A stretch of 64,000 bases of DNA from Candidatus Poribacteria bacterium (GTDB taxonomy: Bacteria; Poribacteria; WGA-4E; WGA-3G). The position numbers and the translations under genes are program-made. The notes under the pieces were generated by a model that saw nothing but the letters and a program-made list of their open reading frames with translations, did not search any database and was not told the origin of the DNA. Location of the stretch: NCBI GenBank assembly GCA_965214045.1, contig OZ243935.1:2663231-2727230 (forward strand), in the 5' to 3' direction. Numbering within the stretch: the first letter of the stretch is position 1; each line of letters opens with the position of its first letter. Positions 39,230 through 48,957 of the stretch are shown piece after piece.

Positions 39230-40009
39230 ATGATAGAAAGACCGGTCGTATTTTATAATCAAGAGCAACAACTAAACGGGATACTGCATTCGCCTACAGG
39301 TTGCGATGCACCCTGTCCGGCAGTCGTCTTTTTTCACGGATTCACGGGAACGAAAGTTGAACCGCACAGAATATTCGTTAAGACCGCACGGGAACTCGCC
39401 GCTCTCGGGTTCTACGTGCTTCGCTTCGATTTTCGGGGTTCCGGGGACAGCGCAGGCGATTTCTCGGAGATGACCATCGGGGGCGAGATTTCCGATGCCA
39501 TCAAGTCAATTGACGTTCTCACTGCTATGCAAGGTGTCGATCCTGAATGCATCGGGATTTTGGGATTGAGCATGGGTGGCTGCGTTGCGGCGTGTGTCTC
39601 TGGACAAGATGCACGTGTGAAGTCAACCGTGATGTGGGCACCGCTCTCAGACGATCCACCAGATCGGAAACAGGAAATATTGGGGAGAGCCAAAAACACA
39701 CCGACGCCAGAGGAAATCGCGCAGCTAAACCCAAACATCGTCGGAAAGGCGTTCTATGAGGAACTTCCCCATATATCTCCTTCCCTTACCCTCCAGCAGT
39801 TTGCAGGCTCGCTCCTCGTGATCCACGGCAGTGGCGATGATGTCGTGCCGGTCTCCCACGGCAGACGCTACTACGAATTGATGCGCGAGCGCGACGCTTT
39901 GACGGAACTTGAAATCGTTGATAAAGCCGATCATACCTTCAATACGGTTGCATGGGAGCAAGCCGTGATTTCCAGATCGGTTGCGTGGTTTCAACGAACA
40001 TTAGTATAG
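39230..40009 (+). CDS. Alpha/beta hydrolase
   Basis: HGFTG, DFRGSGDS, GLSMGG, HGSGDDVV, ADHTF. Confidence 0.9.
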   Translation: MIERPVVFYNQEQQLNGILHSPTGCDAPCPAVVFFHGFTGTKVEPHRIFVKTARELAALGFYVLRFDFRGSGDSAGDFSEMTIGGEISDAIKSIDVLTAMQGVDPECIGILGLSMGGCVAACVSGQDARVKSTVMWAPLSDDPPDRKQEILGRAKNTPTPEEIAQLNPNIVGKAFYEELPHISPSLTLQQFAGSLLVIHGSGDDVVPVSHGRRYYELMRERDALTELEIVDKADHTFNTVAWEQAVISRSVAWFQRTLV

Positions 40010-40010
40010 A

Positions 40011-40952
40011 CTATTCAGAGGCAAGACTAATACGGATTGCCTCCAATGCAACCGTAGCGTCTTCCAAATTCGGAGGTTGATCGGCGGCATCTCGGATCTC
40101 AGAAAACCACAGTTCCTGAAGCGTCTGTTGCGGTGAATCGGGTATGGAGAGCGGTGTCACGCCGGAAGGTGTTGTGCAATGCCACTCGCCACCCGCATCA
40201 CTAATTGTGCCTTCGGTGAGAACGTATCTTTCGTGTTCTTCCGCCGTGTTAATAGCGATGCCACCTGCCCAGGTCCACTGTCCGATGCCACCATGTTTGA
40301 ATTCAACAGTGAGTGTATTGACAAACCCGTCGTACTGTCCGTTCTCCTTTAATCCTTCGTAGACGGCATTTTTCTTCACGGACGCAGCACCACCGAAGAA
40401 ATCCACAATCGGATAGATATGGTAGATGAAAAAGTGTGCAGGGGTTCCCGAAACCGGCAGATTGAAGAGAATTTCAGGACGCGCACCGCGACCGGGTGTG
40501 AGGCGCACAAAAGAGGTGAGCAGCAGATCTCCGAATTCACCTATTTTTTCCTTGAGTGCTTTGTGGGTGTTAGAAACCGCCTCTGGATGCGACACCCGAA
40601 GCACACGACCCCGCTTTTCAGCGAGTTCCAGCACCGCTTCTCCTTCACCAACGTCGCTGGCAATCGGGTATTCCACAAACACGTGTTTATCCGCTTGTAA
40701 CGCCGCGCGCGTCATTTCACCGTGACTGTCGTTGTGGGTACAGATAACCACACCGTCTATATCTTCACGTTCAACCAGACGCGCCCATTCAGGCACAAAA
40801 ACTGTCTCGTGTTCTTTAGCGAGTGGGATGCCTGTCTGTTCGTTTCTGGAGGCAATCGCCACGATTTCGGCATCTATAATTGAAGCAAATCGTGCAAGAT
40901 GGTGACGTGCCATACCACCTGAACCGATAATTCCGATTTTAATCTTCGTCAT
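40011..40952 (-). CDS. Gfo/Idh/MocA oxidoreductase
   Basis: IGIIGSGGMA, HVFVEYP. Confidence 0.85.
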   Translation of the reverse strand: MTKIKIGIIGSGGMARHHLARFASIIDAEIVAIASRNEQTGIPLAKEHETVFVPEWARLVEREDIDGVVICTHNDSHGEMTRAALQADKHVFVEYPIASDVGEGEAVLELAEKRGRVLRVSHPEAVSNTHKALKEKIGEFGDLLLTSFVRLTPGRGARPEILFNLPVSGTPAHFFIYHIYPIVDFFGGAASVKKNAVYEGLKENGQYDGFVNTLTVEFKHGGIGQWTWAGGIAINTAEEHERYVLTEGTISDAGGEWHCTTPSGVTPLSIPDSPQQTLQELWFSEIRDAADQPPNLEDATVALEAIRISLASE

Positions 40953-40957
40953 ATTTC

Positions 40958-42172
40958 CTATGCCCACCCTTGACTTTCACCACCGACACGAGCCGCACTA
41001 ATTTTCTCATAGTAACCGCTCTTCCGATACGCCGTCAGCGGGTGCGGGTCGCGTCCCATCTCCAAGCGGACCTGTTCCAATAGCGGATTGACATCCGTTT
41101 CATAGGCGCGTTGGAGGATGGATTCTGCCTCAACCAAATCGGCGGAATCCTGTGCAGCGGCGAGTGCCTCGCGATCAACGAGCAGTGCCTTCGTGTATGC
41201 CTTCTGCAGATTGCAGACGGATTGGATGCTCGCTTCCACCTTCGGCTTCAGATTGTGGCTCTGATCGATCATGTAAGCGATGTCGGTTTCCGTATTGGGA
41301 TCGAGTTCTGCGGCGACCAGTTCGGTATAAATCAGGAAGACTTCCTGTGGATTGATAGAGCCGACTGTCAGATCGTCGTCTGCGTATTTCCGGCAATTGA
41401 AGTGGAATCCACCGAGTTTTCCTTCATCAATCAGATAAGCAACAATGAACTCAATATTCGTGCCTTGCGGATGATGTCCCAAGTCGATGAGGACTTGTGC
41501 TTTCTCACCGAGTTTCCTTGCCATCAAATAGGCGGTGCCCCAATCGGGGAGGTCGGTATGGTAGAATGCGGGTTCAAAGAACTTATACTCGATAAGCATA
41601 CGAGTGGCATCGGGGAGCGCGTCGTAGACCTCGGCTAATGCCGTTTCCATCCACTGTTTGCGTTTCCTGAAGTTTGACTGACCGGGGAAATTGGTGCCAT
41701 CTGCGAACCACAAACTGAGCAGATCGGAACCTGTTTTCTTCATGATGTCAGCACACTCCAGTATATGATCAATTGCGAGTCGACGGATAGCGGCATCCGG
41801 GTTACAGACGCTTCCGAGTTTATACGCCTGATCCTGGAAGACGTTCGGATTGATCGCGCCGATGCCGATACCGACATCCGCGGCGTACTGTTTCAATGCA
41901 CTCCAGTCGTCTGTCTTGTCCCATGGAATATGGAGCGCAACGGTCGGAGCGATACCGGTGAAACGGTGAACAGTGGCTGCGTCTTCTAAGCGTTCGGCAG
42001 CATTTCGCGCCGCACCGGGTTGTTCAAAGACCCCGAACCGAGTGCCGGAATTACCGTAACCCCATGATGGCGTTTCGATGTGCTGTTCCTTGAGTTGGGC
42101 TTTGATAGCCTCTACCTGAATTCCCTGTTTCTCTAATGTTTCAGCTAAGAGATCATAAGCGAGATTGCTCAT
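40958..42172 (-). CDS. rhaI: L-rhamnose isomerase (RhaI type)
   Basis: [42 protein letters not shown]. Confidence 0.9.
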   Translation of the reverse strand: MSNLAYDLLAETLEKQGIQVEAIKAQLKEQHIETPSWGYGNSGTRFGVFEQPGAARNAAERLEDAATVHRFTGIAPTVALHIPWDKTDDWSALKQYAADVGIGIGAINPNVFQDQAYKLGSVCNPDAAIRRLAIDHILECADIMKKTGSDLLSLWFADGTNFPGQSNFRKRKQWMETALAEVYDALPDATRMLIEYKFFEPAFYHTDLPDWGTAYLMARKLGEKAQVLIDLGHHPQGTNIEFIVAYLIDEGKLGGFHFNCRKYADDDLTVGSINPQEVFLIYTELVAAELDPNTETDIAYMIDQSHNLKPKVEASIQSVCNLQKAYTKALLVDREALAAAQDSADLVEAESILQRAYETDVNPLLEQVRLEMGRDPHPLTAYRKSGYYEKISAARVGGESQGWA

Positions 42173-42203
42173 TCTACTTTTCCTTTCTTAAGTGGTGAAA
42201 TTA

Positions 42204-42698
42204 CTATATTGCCAATTCCTGAAATATCTCTACAAGTTTTTCCTGTGTGGCGTTTGGATCTTCGATGATGATACGCGCACCACCGATAACGTCCATGAAT
42301 CCCAGTTCACGTGGATATCGAGGGACAACGTGCAGATGGAAGTGCGAGATGCTTGCACCCGAGGCATCACCCATGTTATAACCAACGTTGAAGCCGCGTG
42401 GCTGATAGGCGCGTGTCAGTGCCTCGAAACAGAGACATTGGAGCTCGTGAAGATCGCAAACCTCTTCTTGATTCAACTCCCGTACGTCAAGCACATGCCG
42501 ATTCGGAAAAATTAAGAGGTGTCCCGGACTATAAGGATAGAGATTTAGCGAGATGGTAAAGCGTTCGGTTCGATGGACCTCAAGCCGTTGGACTTTATCA
42601 TTTTTTTCGACAATGGCACACAGGATACACGGTACATCTGGACGGTTTTTTCCTTTGGCATAAGGCATTTTGTTCGGTACGAAGAGGTTATGTCGCAT
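42204..42698 (-). CDS. HIT family hydrolase (Ap4A phosphorylase-like)
   Basis: CILC, LNLYPYSPGH, HFHLHVVPR; ATG at 42698 preferred over the longer ORF start. Confidence 0.88.
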   Translation of the reverse strand: MRHNLFVPNKMPYAKGKNRPDVPCILCAIVEKNDKVQRLEVHRTERFTISLNLYPYSPGHLLIFPNRHVLDVRELNQEEVCDLHELQCLCFEALTRAYQPRGFNVGYNMGDASGASISHFHLHVVPRYPRELGFMDVIGGARIIIEDPNATQEKLVEIFQELAI

Positions 42699-43036
42699 AA
42701 AGAGGTTCCCTATCTCTTTTATAGTAAAGCCCGAAAATACGTAAACACTTGTAGGGAAAATCGGTCTTGTGCTTGCCCAAAACACTCGCTAATCTTGCAG
42801 TGTCCAAATAATTGTAGGCTTCACTATATAGCACGCTGTATTATATAATTTTTTTAGTTTTCTGAGCGGCAAGAAAAAATTAAATTTTGACACGTATATG
42901 ATATACTATTTTAGTAAAGCTGGCAAGCAGATAATTATTAGCAGGTATGTAAAGTTTTTGGCATTCAACACTCGAAGGTGTCTTAACATCCTTTTGGGAC
43001 GTAGGTTATCCGTGATTTTTGACCTGTTTTCGCTTC

Positions 43037-43111
43037 AACCCCGTAGGGGCGGCATCTCTGTAGAACACAGTTAGACCGCATCAGTGAACCCCGTAGGGGT
43101 GACATCTACAG
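43037..43111 (+). repeat. Tandem REP-like pair
   Basis: aaccccgtagggg(c/t)g(g/a)catct twice, 50 bp apart. Confidence 0.65.
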
Positions 43112-43112
43112 T

Positions 43113-43543
43113 TCAGTGAAACCGATCACTGTCCGTCCGCTCGACTCTCGGATGTGGAGCACGGCGAAGAGCTTCTCGAATTTCCAAGTGATGAAATCGG
43201 TGGGATTATGGGGCTTTGGGATAATCGGGGGTTTTCTCCGTGCGGTTCGTATCTCGTTTGCAGCGAAGCAAGAACCGAAGAACTGCGGTATGGAGAGGCT
43301 ATCTGTGTGTGGGATGTCAAACGGAAGGAAATTCTCACAACGATCCCATTTCGGCATGCGTTCGTATTTGCTTATTCTCCGTGTGGTTCGTATTTGGCAT
43401 GCGGTGGAGAAGATCCAGAAGGGATTCTATTGTGGGACCTCAAACGTCGTGAAATCTACAGGTGGCTACCACTACCGACGGGATGTCAAGAGACACATGC
43501 GTTAACGTTTTCATGTGAACGCATACAATCAGATTTACCCTAA
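43113..43543 (+). pseudogene. WD40/beta-propeller repeat gene fragment
   Basis: FSPCGSYLVC...ICVWDV and YSPCGSYLACGG...ILLWDL; too few blades, no good start, abrupt end. Confidence 0.6.
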
Positions 43544-43582
43544 AAAACTGCGCTATCTTTTTGACAAACAAAATGGGTTATA

Positions 43583-44557
43583 TCACCCAAGAGAACTTTC
43601 AAGCTCCTTTAGCATTGTTGGAACTTGTAGCATCATCTTATACTGCTTTGGGAGCGAATTCTGATGAGATGAAACCCAAGAAAGGGCATTGGCAACATCG
43701 TAGATGTTTTCTGCAGGTTGCGCCCCCGGTACCTCACCTTCTAAAGAAACTCTAATTATGTAAGAATCTTCGTTTTCTTCTGTTGTTTTATCTTTAAATC
43801 TTGTAACTTTTACATCTTGTCCTGTTTCTATAATACTATATACTCTCTCGGCACAATTATGCCCCCAACTATTAGATACTATCGTATCAATCCAATTCTG
43901 TAGTATTTCTATATCTGTATCCGCATTTAGTTCTTTCTGTTTCCATTTTGCATACGTTTCTTTCTCCGACAGAATTTTTGAGGTATTTTTACTTAGATAT
44001 CCAGTAAGTAATTCAGTCTTTAAAGATTTAGTATGACGTTTACTAAGTCTGCTGTCTGTGTCCAAACACATAAGCCCGTTTTTGCAAATCAGTCTATACC
44101 AGAATAACTCAAAGCTTAATGGATCATTTCCATCTACAGAATTTCTAACATGTAACTGAGGTATTAATTGATGACCATCTCCTGGATCAAATATATGCCC
44201 TCTCAAGAATTGTATTCTTAACAGCATACGCTCGCCGTATTCTGTTAGATATAGATCGCATTCAGTTTCTTCTATATTATATCTCAGCTTTTCAAATGCC
44301 ATACTAATAAATCGAAGTATATCAAAATGTTGGACTAGAGAATATGACTTAGAAACTGTTGCAATCGGTATCCCACCATCTGAAGTATTTACGACTACAT
44401 CAAGATTTTTATTTTCTGATCTACCTATTTTAAAGGGTTTTCTGTCAAAAGAAGGTATTGAACCTACAATTTCTATAAGGTTTCCTTTATATTCATTGAC
44501 TGATTTACTATCCCATTTTAGATTGTCTAAATTATAGGTATTCGTCAAAATACCCAT
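43583..44557 (-). CDS. DUF932/DUF945-like protein (phage/plasmid-associated), AT-rich
   Basis: VSKSYSLVQH, RNSVDG, YRLICKNGL, H; markedly lower GC than the flanks. Confidence 0.75.
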   Translation of the reverse strand: MGILTNTYNLDNLKWDSKSVNEYKGNLIEIVGSIPSFDRKPFKIGRSENKNLDVVVNTSDGGIPIATVSKSYSLVQHFDILRFISMAFEKLRYNIEETECDLYLTEYGERMLLRIQFLRGHIFDPGDGHQLIPQLHVRNSVDGNDPLSFELFWYRLICKNGLMCLDTDSRLSKRHTKSLKTELLTGYLSKNTSKILSEKETYAKWKQKELNADTDIEILQNWIDTIVSNSWGHNCAERVYSIIETGQDVKVTRFKDKTTEENEDSYIIRVSLEGEVPGAQPAENIYDVANALSWVSSHQNSLPKQYKMMLQVPTMLKELESSLG

Positions 44558-44933
44558 AGTAATGTTTCCTTTCTGCTTTAGTTGATTTTCTAGCCGAGAT
44601 TATCCTAATTATATTTTTCCTGTTTGTATGGATAACAGTTAACAATTTACCTCTCTTAGAATATCCAATAGTTTTATATCTTTGTTCATATTGTGAATGT
44701 AAATCATCGCTTTCAGTTAATAGTGTATCAGGAGATCCAAATACTGTTCTTGCTTGGTGAAAAGAAATTTGGTGCTTTTCTACATTTTCTCTATGTTTGT
44801 CTTCGTCCCAGTCAAATTCACAATGATTGTAGGATTCTACGTGCTTATCCCATTTCCATTAGAAAATTGCTATTCGGTGTAGAATCCTATTATAGCATAT
44901 TTCTCAAATTTATGCCAAGCACTTTGAAGTACC

Positions 44934-44963
44934 GCCCACTGAAGTGCCACCTGAAGTGCCACC
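44934..44963 (+). repeat. Short tandem repeat (ctgaagtgccac x2 plus a degenerate upstream copy)
   Basis: tgaagtaccgcccactgaagtgccacctgaagtgccacc. Confidence 0.5.
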
Positions 44964-45108
44964 CTTTATTCAGACCAAAAATTAGCAAAGTTAGGTTCCA
45001 AGTTTTGCTGTTGAAATTCCAAATGAAAAAAACGTGACTTTTTTCCGATTTTGGTGTATACTCTTATCGCAATCCCACAAAACCGACGCAAGCGGTTAAA
45101 AAACTGTT

Positions 45109-45951
45109 TTGCCGAACCTGATGAGGACAAACGAAATGCCCACCCGGCATCCACTTCTGGAAATTTCGGAAATTGACACACATATCGAGGCATACCTAAA
45201 GCAGATGGGCGAAATCACGTATCGGTTTCCAGAACACGATTCGAGATGTCAATCCTTCCGAGCGGTAGTAGACAACCAACGTTGGTTCGTCAAACACGGC
45301 AACATACCACAAACCATCAGATGGCTTAAGCAAGCCGTTCGTTTCCACGCCGCTGTCGAGCACGAGGCACTCCCTCGATTGCATAACGCTTTCGCTACGC
45401 CCGATGGTTTCGCACTGGTCTACAATTGGGTGGATGGCGAGGGTTTACGTCCGGAAAGGGAACTGCGTCCCGATGACATTCACCCGCGTGATAGGTTTTG
45501 TGCATTGCCAGCAACTGAGATAATTGATGCACTCAACGTTATCTATGATGTCCATGTCCTTATTGAAAAACAAGGGTTTGTTGCTGAGGACTTTTACGAC
45601 GGCTGCATTATCTATGACTTTGAGGAAAAGCGAGTTCATCTCTACGATTTTGACCACTATCATCCAGCACCTTTTATAAATGACCGCGGACGATTGTACG
45701 GCTCAAGTCGATTCATGGCACCGGAAGAATTTCAGGAAGGCGCGTACATCGACGAAAGGACAAACGTCTTCATGTTAGGGCGGACGGCGTTTGTATTGCT
45801 CGCCAACAATAGCGATTCACGAGGCGACTGGAAAGGGAACGGTGCGATGTGGCACGTCGCGAAAAAGGCAACACATCCAGAGAAACGGTCCAGATATCAA
45901 TCTGTCCAAGAATTCGTTTCAGCGTGGCACGCCGCGATTGCTGATTTTTAA
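45109..45951 (+). CDS. Ser/Thr protein kinase-like protein (start uncertain)
   Basis: WFVK, DFYDG catalytic loop, DFD, GSSRFMAPEE, RYQSV. Confidence 0.75.
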   Translation: MPNLMRTNEMPTRHPLLEISEIDTHIEAYLKQMGEITYRFPEHDSRCQSFRAVVDNQRWFVKHGNIPQTIRWLKQAVRFHAAVEHEALPRLHNAFATPDGFALVYNWVDGEGLRPERELRPDDIHPRDRFCALPATEIIDALNVIYDVHVLIEKQGFVAEDFYDGCIIYDFEEKRVHLYDFDHYHPAPFINDRGRLYGSSRFMAPEEFQEGAYIDERTNVFMLGRTAFVLLANNSDSRGDWKGNGAMWHVAKKATHPEKRSRYQSVQEFVSAWHAAIADF

Positions 45952-45987
45952 TTTCTGGTCCCCTGAGCCGCGGTTTACTGCGTTACC

Positions 45988-46075
45988 CAAGCCTGCAACA
46001 ACGGCGCAGGCGGCTCGAACACGGAGAACGTCAATGTCCAAACAACCGACCCTTATCCGCAAGGAAAAATTAAAA
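45988..46075 (+). repeat. Dispersed ~88 bp repeat (family B) ending at a start codon
   Basis: caagcctgcaac...tccgcaaggaaaaattaaaa|ATG. Confidence 0.7.
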
Positions 46076-46936
46076 ATGCGAAAAATTACGGATAACGAAA
46101 TTCAATTCTTCAATGATAACGGATACCTCATCTTGAAAGGTGTAATCCAATCCGATGAACTTGCCGTTATACAACGCGAAAGTCAACGACTGATTGATGA
46201 GATTTTGGCGGGTGGACCGGCAGACCCATGGTGCAACCGGGGTCCAGAAGGGATTCCTTACTACCTGACCTATCTACACTCCCATCCGAACGAGTTCTCC
46301 CTGAGACTCTTGGGACACCCGTCCATTGGGGATCTGCTGCATCGGATCGTCGGACCCGATTTCATCCCATGCTATGAATCTTTAGTCTTCAAACTGCCGA
46401 AACACGGTTCTTCTGTGCGATGGCACCGAGACGGCAATGCAATCCGTGAGAATCATCCGATCTTTAACATCGATATATACATAGATGATTCCACGGTTGA
46501 TAACGGATGTGTCTGGGTAATTCCAAAAAGCCATCTCTGGGGGATCGAAGAGGCACAGGAGGTTATTGACAAAGGGGAGATCAATTTTGAACGTGAGGAC
46601 GCAGTGCCAGCAGAGGTTGAACCGGGTGATATTCTGCTCCATCATACCAAGGTCTTGCACGGCAGTAAAATCAACACGAGCGATACACTGCGTCGGGTCA
46701 TTTACTTCGATCAACGGACCCCACGATGGAACGAACGCTATAAATGGTGGCAATCGGAGTTCTTGACACAACGCTGTAAACTCTATCAGCGTGCCCTCCA
46801 CGAACGCCGAACGAGCCCTTACCCGTCGGATACCGAGCAGTTTGATTACAACATCCCATCAGATATGCCAACGTGGGATCCAGCGGAAGATTTCGATCTG
46901 CGGATTCAGCACCGTGCTTATGCGTATCAGGAATAG
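46076..46936 (+). CDS. Phytanoyl-CoA dioxygenase family protein
   Basis: NGYLILKGVI, WHRD, NGCVWVIPKSH, PGDILLH...LHGS...RRV; ATG 46076 preferred. Confidence 0.88.
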   Translation: MRKITDNEIQFFNDNGYLILKGVIQSDELAVIQRESQRLIDEILAGGPADPWCNRGPEGIPYYLTYLHSHPNEFSLRLLGHPSIGDLLHRIVGPDFIPCYESLVFKLPKHGSSVRWHRDGNAIRENHPIFNIDIYIDDSTVDNGCVWVIPKSHLWGIEEAQEVIDKGEINFEREDAVPAEVEPGDILLHHTKVLHGSKINTSDTLRRVIYFDQRTPRWNERYKWWQSEFLTQRCKLYQRALHERRTSPYPSDTEQFDYNIPSDMPTWDPAEDFDLRIQHRAYAYQE

Positions 46937-47052
46937 CATGGAATCCTATCAGTGTTGTTGAGCGTTTTTTTATAATCAGCTTTTCGCCCGCCACGATCCC
47001 ATCTGAGTTTGCAGGACAATTTGATAGACCGGTTTCGCGTAGGAAACAACAG

Positions 47053-47140
47053 CAAGCCCGTAACGGAGTGGAGGGCGACTCCAGAGAAAGACGCGTGGAA
47101 GATCAAATTCACGTTGTTTCTCCGCAAGGTATAATTAAAA
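47053..47140 (+). repeat. Dispersed repeat (family B) ending at a start codon
   Basis: caagcccgtaacggagtggagggcgact...tccgcaaggtataattaaaa|ATG. Confidence 0.7.
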
Positions 47141-47878
47141 ATGAACGTCTTACTTGTCGGGGGTTCGGGACACGTCGGAACGATGACGCTTCCTTACATG
47201 AAGAGCCATCACAATTTTCGAGTCCTCGACCTCAATCCGCCCAAAGACACATCTATTGATTACATCCAAGGCTCCGTTACCGATCCCGATATCGTTCAGG
47301 AAGCGTTGAAAGGGATGGACACGTTCGTCTACATGGTGATGCTGCAACCGACGAGCGACCGGTCCTCTGTCGCAGATTTCAGCGACATTCTCGCAAACTA
47401 CGAGGTGAACGCGAAAGGACTCCATATCATCTTACATGCCGCGAAGGAAGCAGGCATTCGACACGCCGTCTACACAAGCACTTTCACCGTGCATGAGCGG
47501 ACGCGAAACAATTTTCCGTATGAGGATGTCGTGCCTCGCGATAATCCTGGGGTCTATGGGTTAACCAAAAGCTTCGGTGAGCAGGTCTGCGAATACTTCT
47601 CACGAGAACACGACATGTCTCTGATCGCGCTACGAATCACGGGTCCCTCTACACGTGAACAGTGGCTTGAACGTTACGCACAACCCAAAGATTCATCGGT
47701 CCATATCTGGTGGACGGATGAAGAAGATTTAGCGACTGCTTATCTCGCGGCTATCTCGGTTGAACACGAAGGTTTTGACGCTTTCTTTATTTCAGGGGAT
47801 CATGAACAGAAGGAAATTAACCTCTCAAAGGCGAAACGCTTGCTCGGTTGGGAACCCCTTACGCACACACGTGTGTAA
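47141..47878 (+). CDS. NAD-dependent epimerase/dehydratase family (extended SDR)
   Basis: GGSGHVG, YGLTKSFGE, LLGWEP. Confidence 0.85.
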   Translation: MNVLLVGGSGHVGTMTLPYMKSHHNFRVLDLNPPKDTSIDYIQGSVTDPDIVQEALKGMDTFVYMVMLQPTSDRSSVADFSDILANYEVNAKGLHIILHAAKEAGIRHAVYTSTFTVHERTRNNFPYEDVVPRDNPGVYGLTKSFGEQVCEYFSREHDMSLIALRITGPSTREQWLERYAQPKDSSVHIWWTDEEDLATAYLAAISVEHEGFDAFFISGDHEQKEINLSKAKRLLGWEPLTHTRV

Positions 47879-47879
47879 T

Positions 47880-47908
47880 TTGACAAAAACCTTGTTACAT
47901 GATACAAT
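47880..47908 (+). promoter_or_regulatory. Sigma70 promoter of the sdh operon
   Basis: TTGACA-17 nt-TACAAT. Confidence 0.7.
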
Positions 47909-47995
47909 ATAATACGGTCAATCTGTATAAAATCTTCGTATAAAAATCTTCAGATTCGCTTTTATTTATTATTTTCAAGGTAAGGAAAATCGTCT

Positions 47996-48811
47996 ATGAC
48001 ACACCCTGAACTCACCCTAACAGAAAGGCGCCCCTTCCATACCCAGCGCCGAGACACGTGGTGGTTGCAACCCTTAGCCGTATTTGTCGGGTTGGGACTC
48101 TTCATCGTTTATGCGACTTTTCGAGTTTTTGAAGGGAACCACTTTTTTTATGGTCCCTACCTGTCGCCTTTCTATTCACCACTTCTTTTCGGTACACAAG
48201 AGGTGGCACATAGCGTTGATCACAGTTGGTTCGGTATGATGCCATCTTGGATACCGGGTTTCATTACCCCGGCTGTTCTCATTTTGTGGGCACCGCTCGG
48301 ATTTCGCTTTACATGCTACTACTACCGGGGTGCGTATTACAAGGCTTTTTGGGCAGACCCACCTTCTTGTACAGTATCAGAACCGCGTAAAGGATATCGC
48401 GGTGAAAACTCGTTCCCGCTGATTATACAGAACATCCACAGATATTTTCTTTACGTCGCGCTTGTTGTTCTCGGCATCCTCGCCTATGACGTGTGGAAAG
48501 CCCTTTGGTTTGACGATGGTAACGGCGGAACAACCCTTGGTATCGGTGTAGGCACTATCGTTTTGGCAGGTAACGTCGTCCTTTTAGGGGGTTATACCTT
48601 GGGATGCCACTCTTTGCGCCATCTTGTGGGTGGCGTCGTTGATCTGCTCTCTAAATCTCCAATCCGTCGCAGAGCGTATAACTGTGTCAGTTGCTTGAAC
48701 CAGCGACACATGCTTTGGGCATGGATGAGTCTCTGTTGGGTCGGTTTTTCGGATGTATACGTCCGTTTTATAGCACCGACACTGGGTAAGGACTGGATTA
48801 CATTTTTTTAA
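47996..48811 (+). CDS. Succinate dehydrogenase membrane anchor, mycobacterial Sdh1 (Rv0249c-like) type
   Basis: YLSPFYSP, RFTCYYYRGAYYKAFWADPPSC, QNIHRYF, GCHSLRH, HMLWAW. Confidence 0.85.
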   Translation: MTHPELTLTERRPFHTQRRDTWWLQPLAVFVGLGLFIVYATFRVFEGNHFFYGPYLSPFYSPLLFGTQEVAHSVDHSWFGMMPSWIPGFITPAVLILWAPLGFRFTCYYYRGAYYKAFWADPPSCTVSEPRKGYRGENSFPLIIQNIHRYFLYVALVVLGILAYDVWKALWFDDGNGGTTLGIGVGTIVLAGNVVLLGGYTLGCHSLRHLVGGVVDLLSKSPIRRRAYNCVSCLNQRHMLWAWMSLCWVGFSDVYVRFIAPTLGKDWITFF

Positions 48812-48893
48812 TTTTACCTTGCGGAGTACTCAAGTGGGTTTCATATTTGAAGTGCCTTTCTTATGAATCGCCTTCCATTACATTACAGGCTTG
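48806..48893 (-). repeat. Dispersed repeat (family B), inverted copy overlapping the stop codon
   Basis: Minus strand reads caagcctgtaatgtaatggaaggcgatt...tccgcaaggtaaaattaaaa. Confidence 0.7.
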
Positions 48894-48957
48894 CCGTTTG
48901 CGTCTAAATTTTAACACTGGAGAAACATACGTTCATAAATTAGGGGAAATTTTCAAC

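Noticed and set aside
44693-45037. 114-aa ORF in the AT-rich region
   Set aside because: No SD or motif and includes translated tandem repeat; likely spurious
45791-46075. N-terminal extension of the PhyH ORF (likewise 48847-48957 of sdhA and 34730-34822 of the sigma factor)
   Set aside because: These extensions overlap the upstream gene, repeat elements or leader DNA; the downstream starts fit the family N-termini and SD sites better
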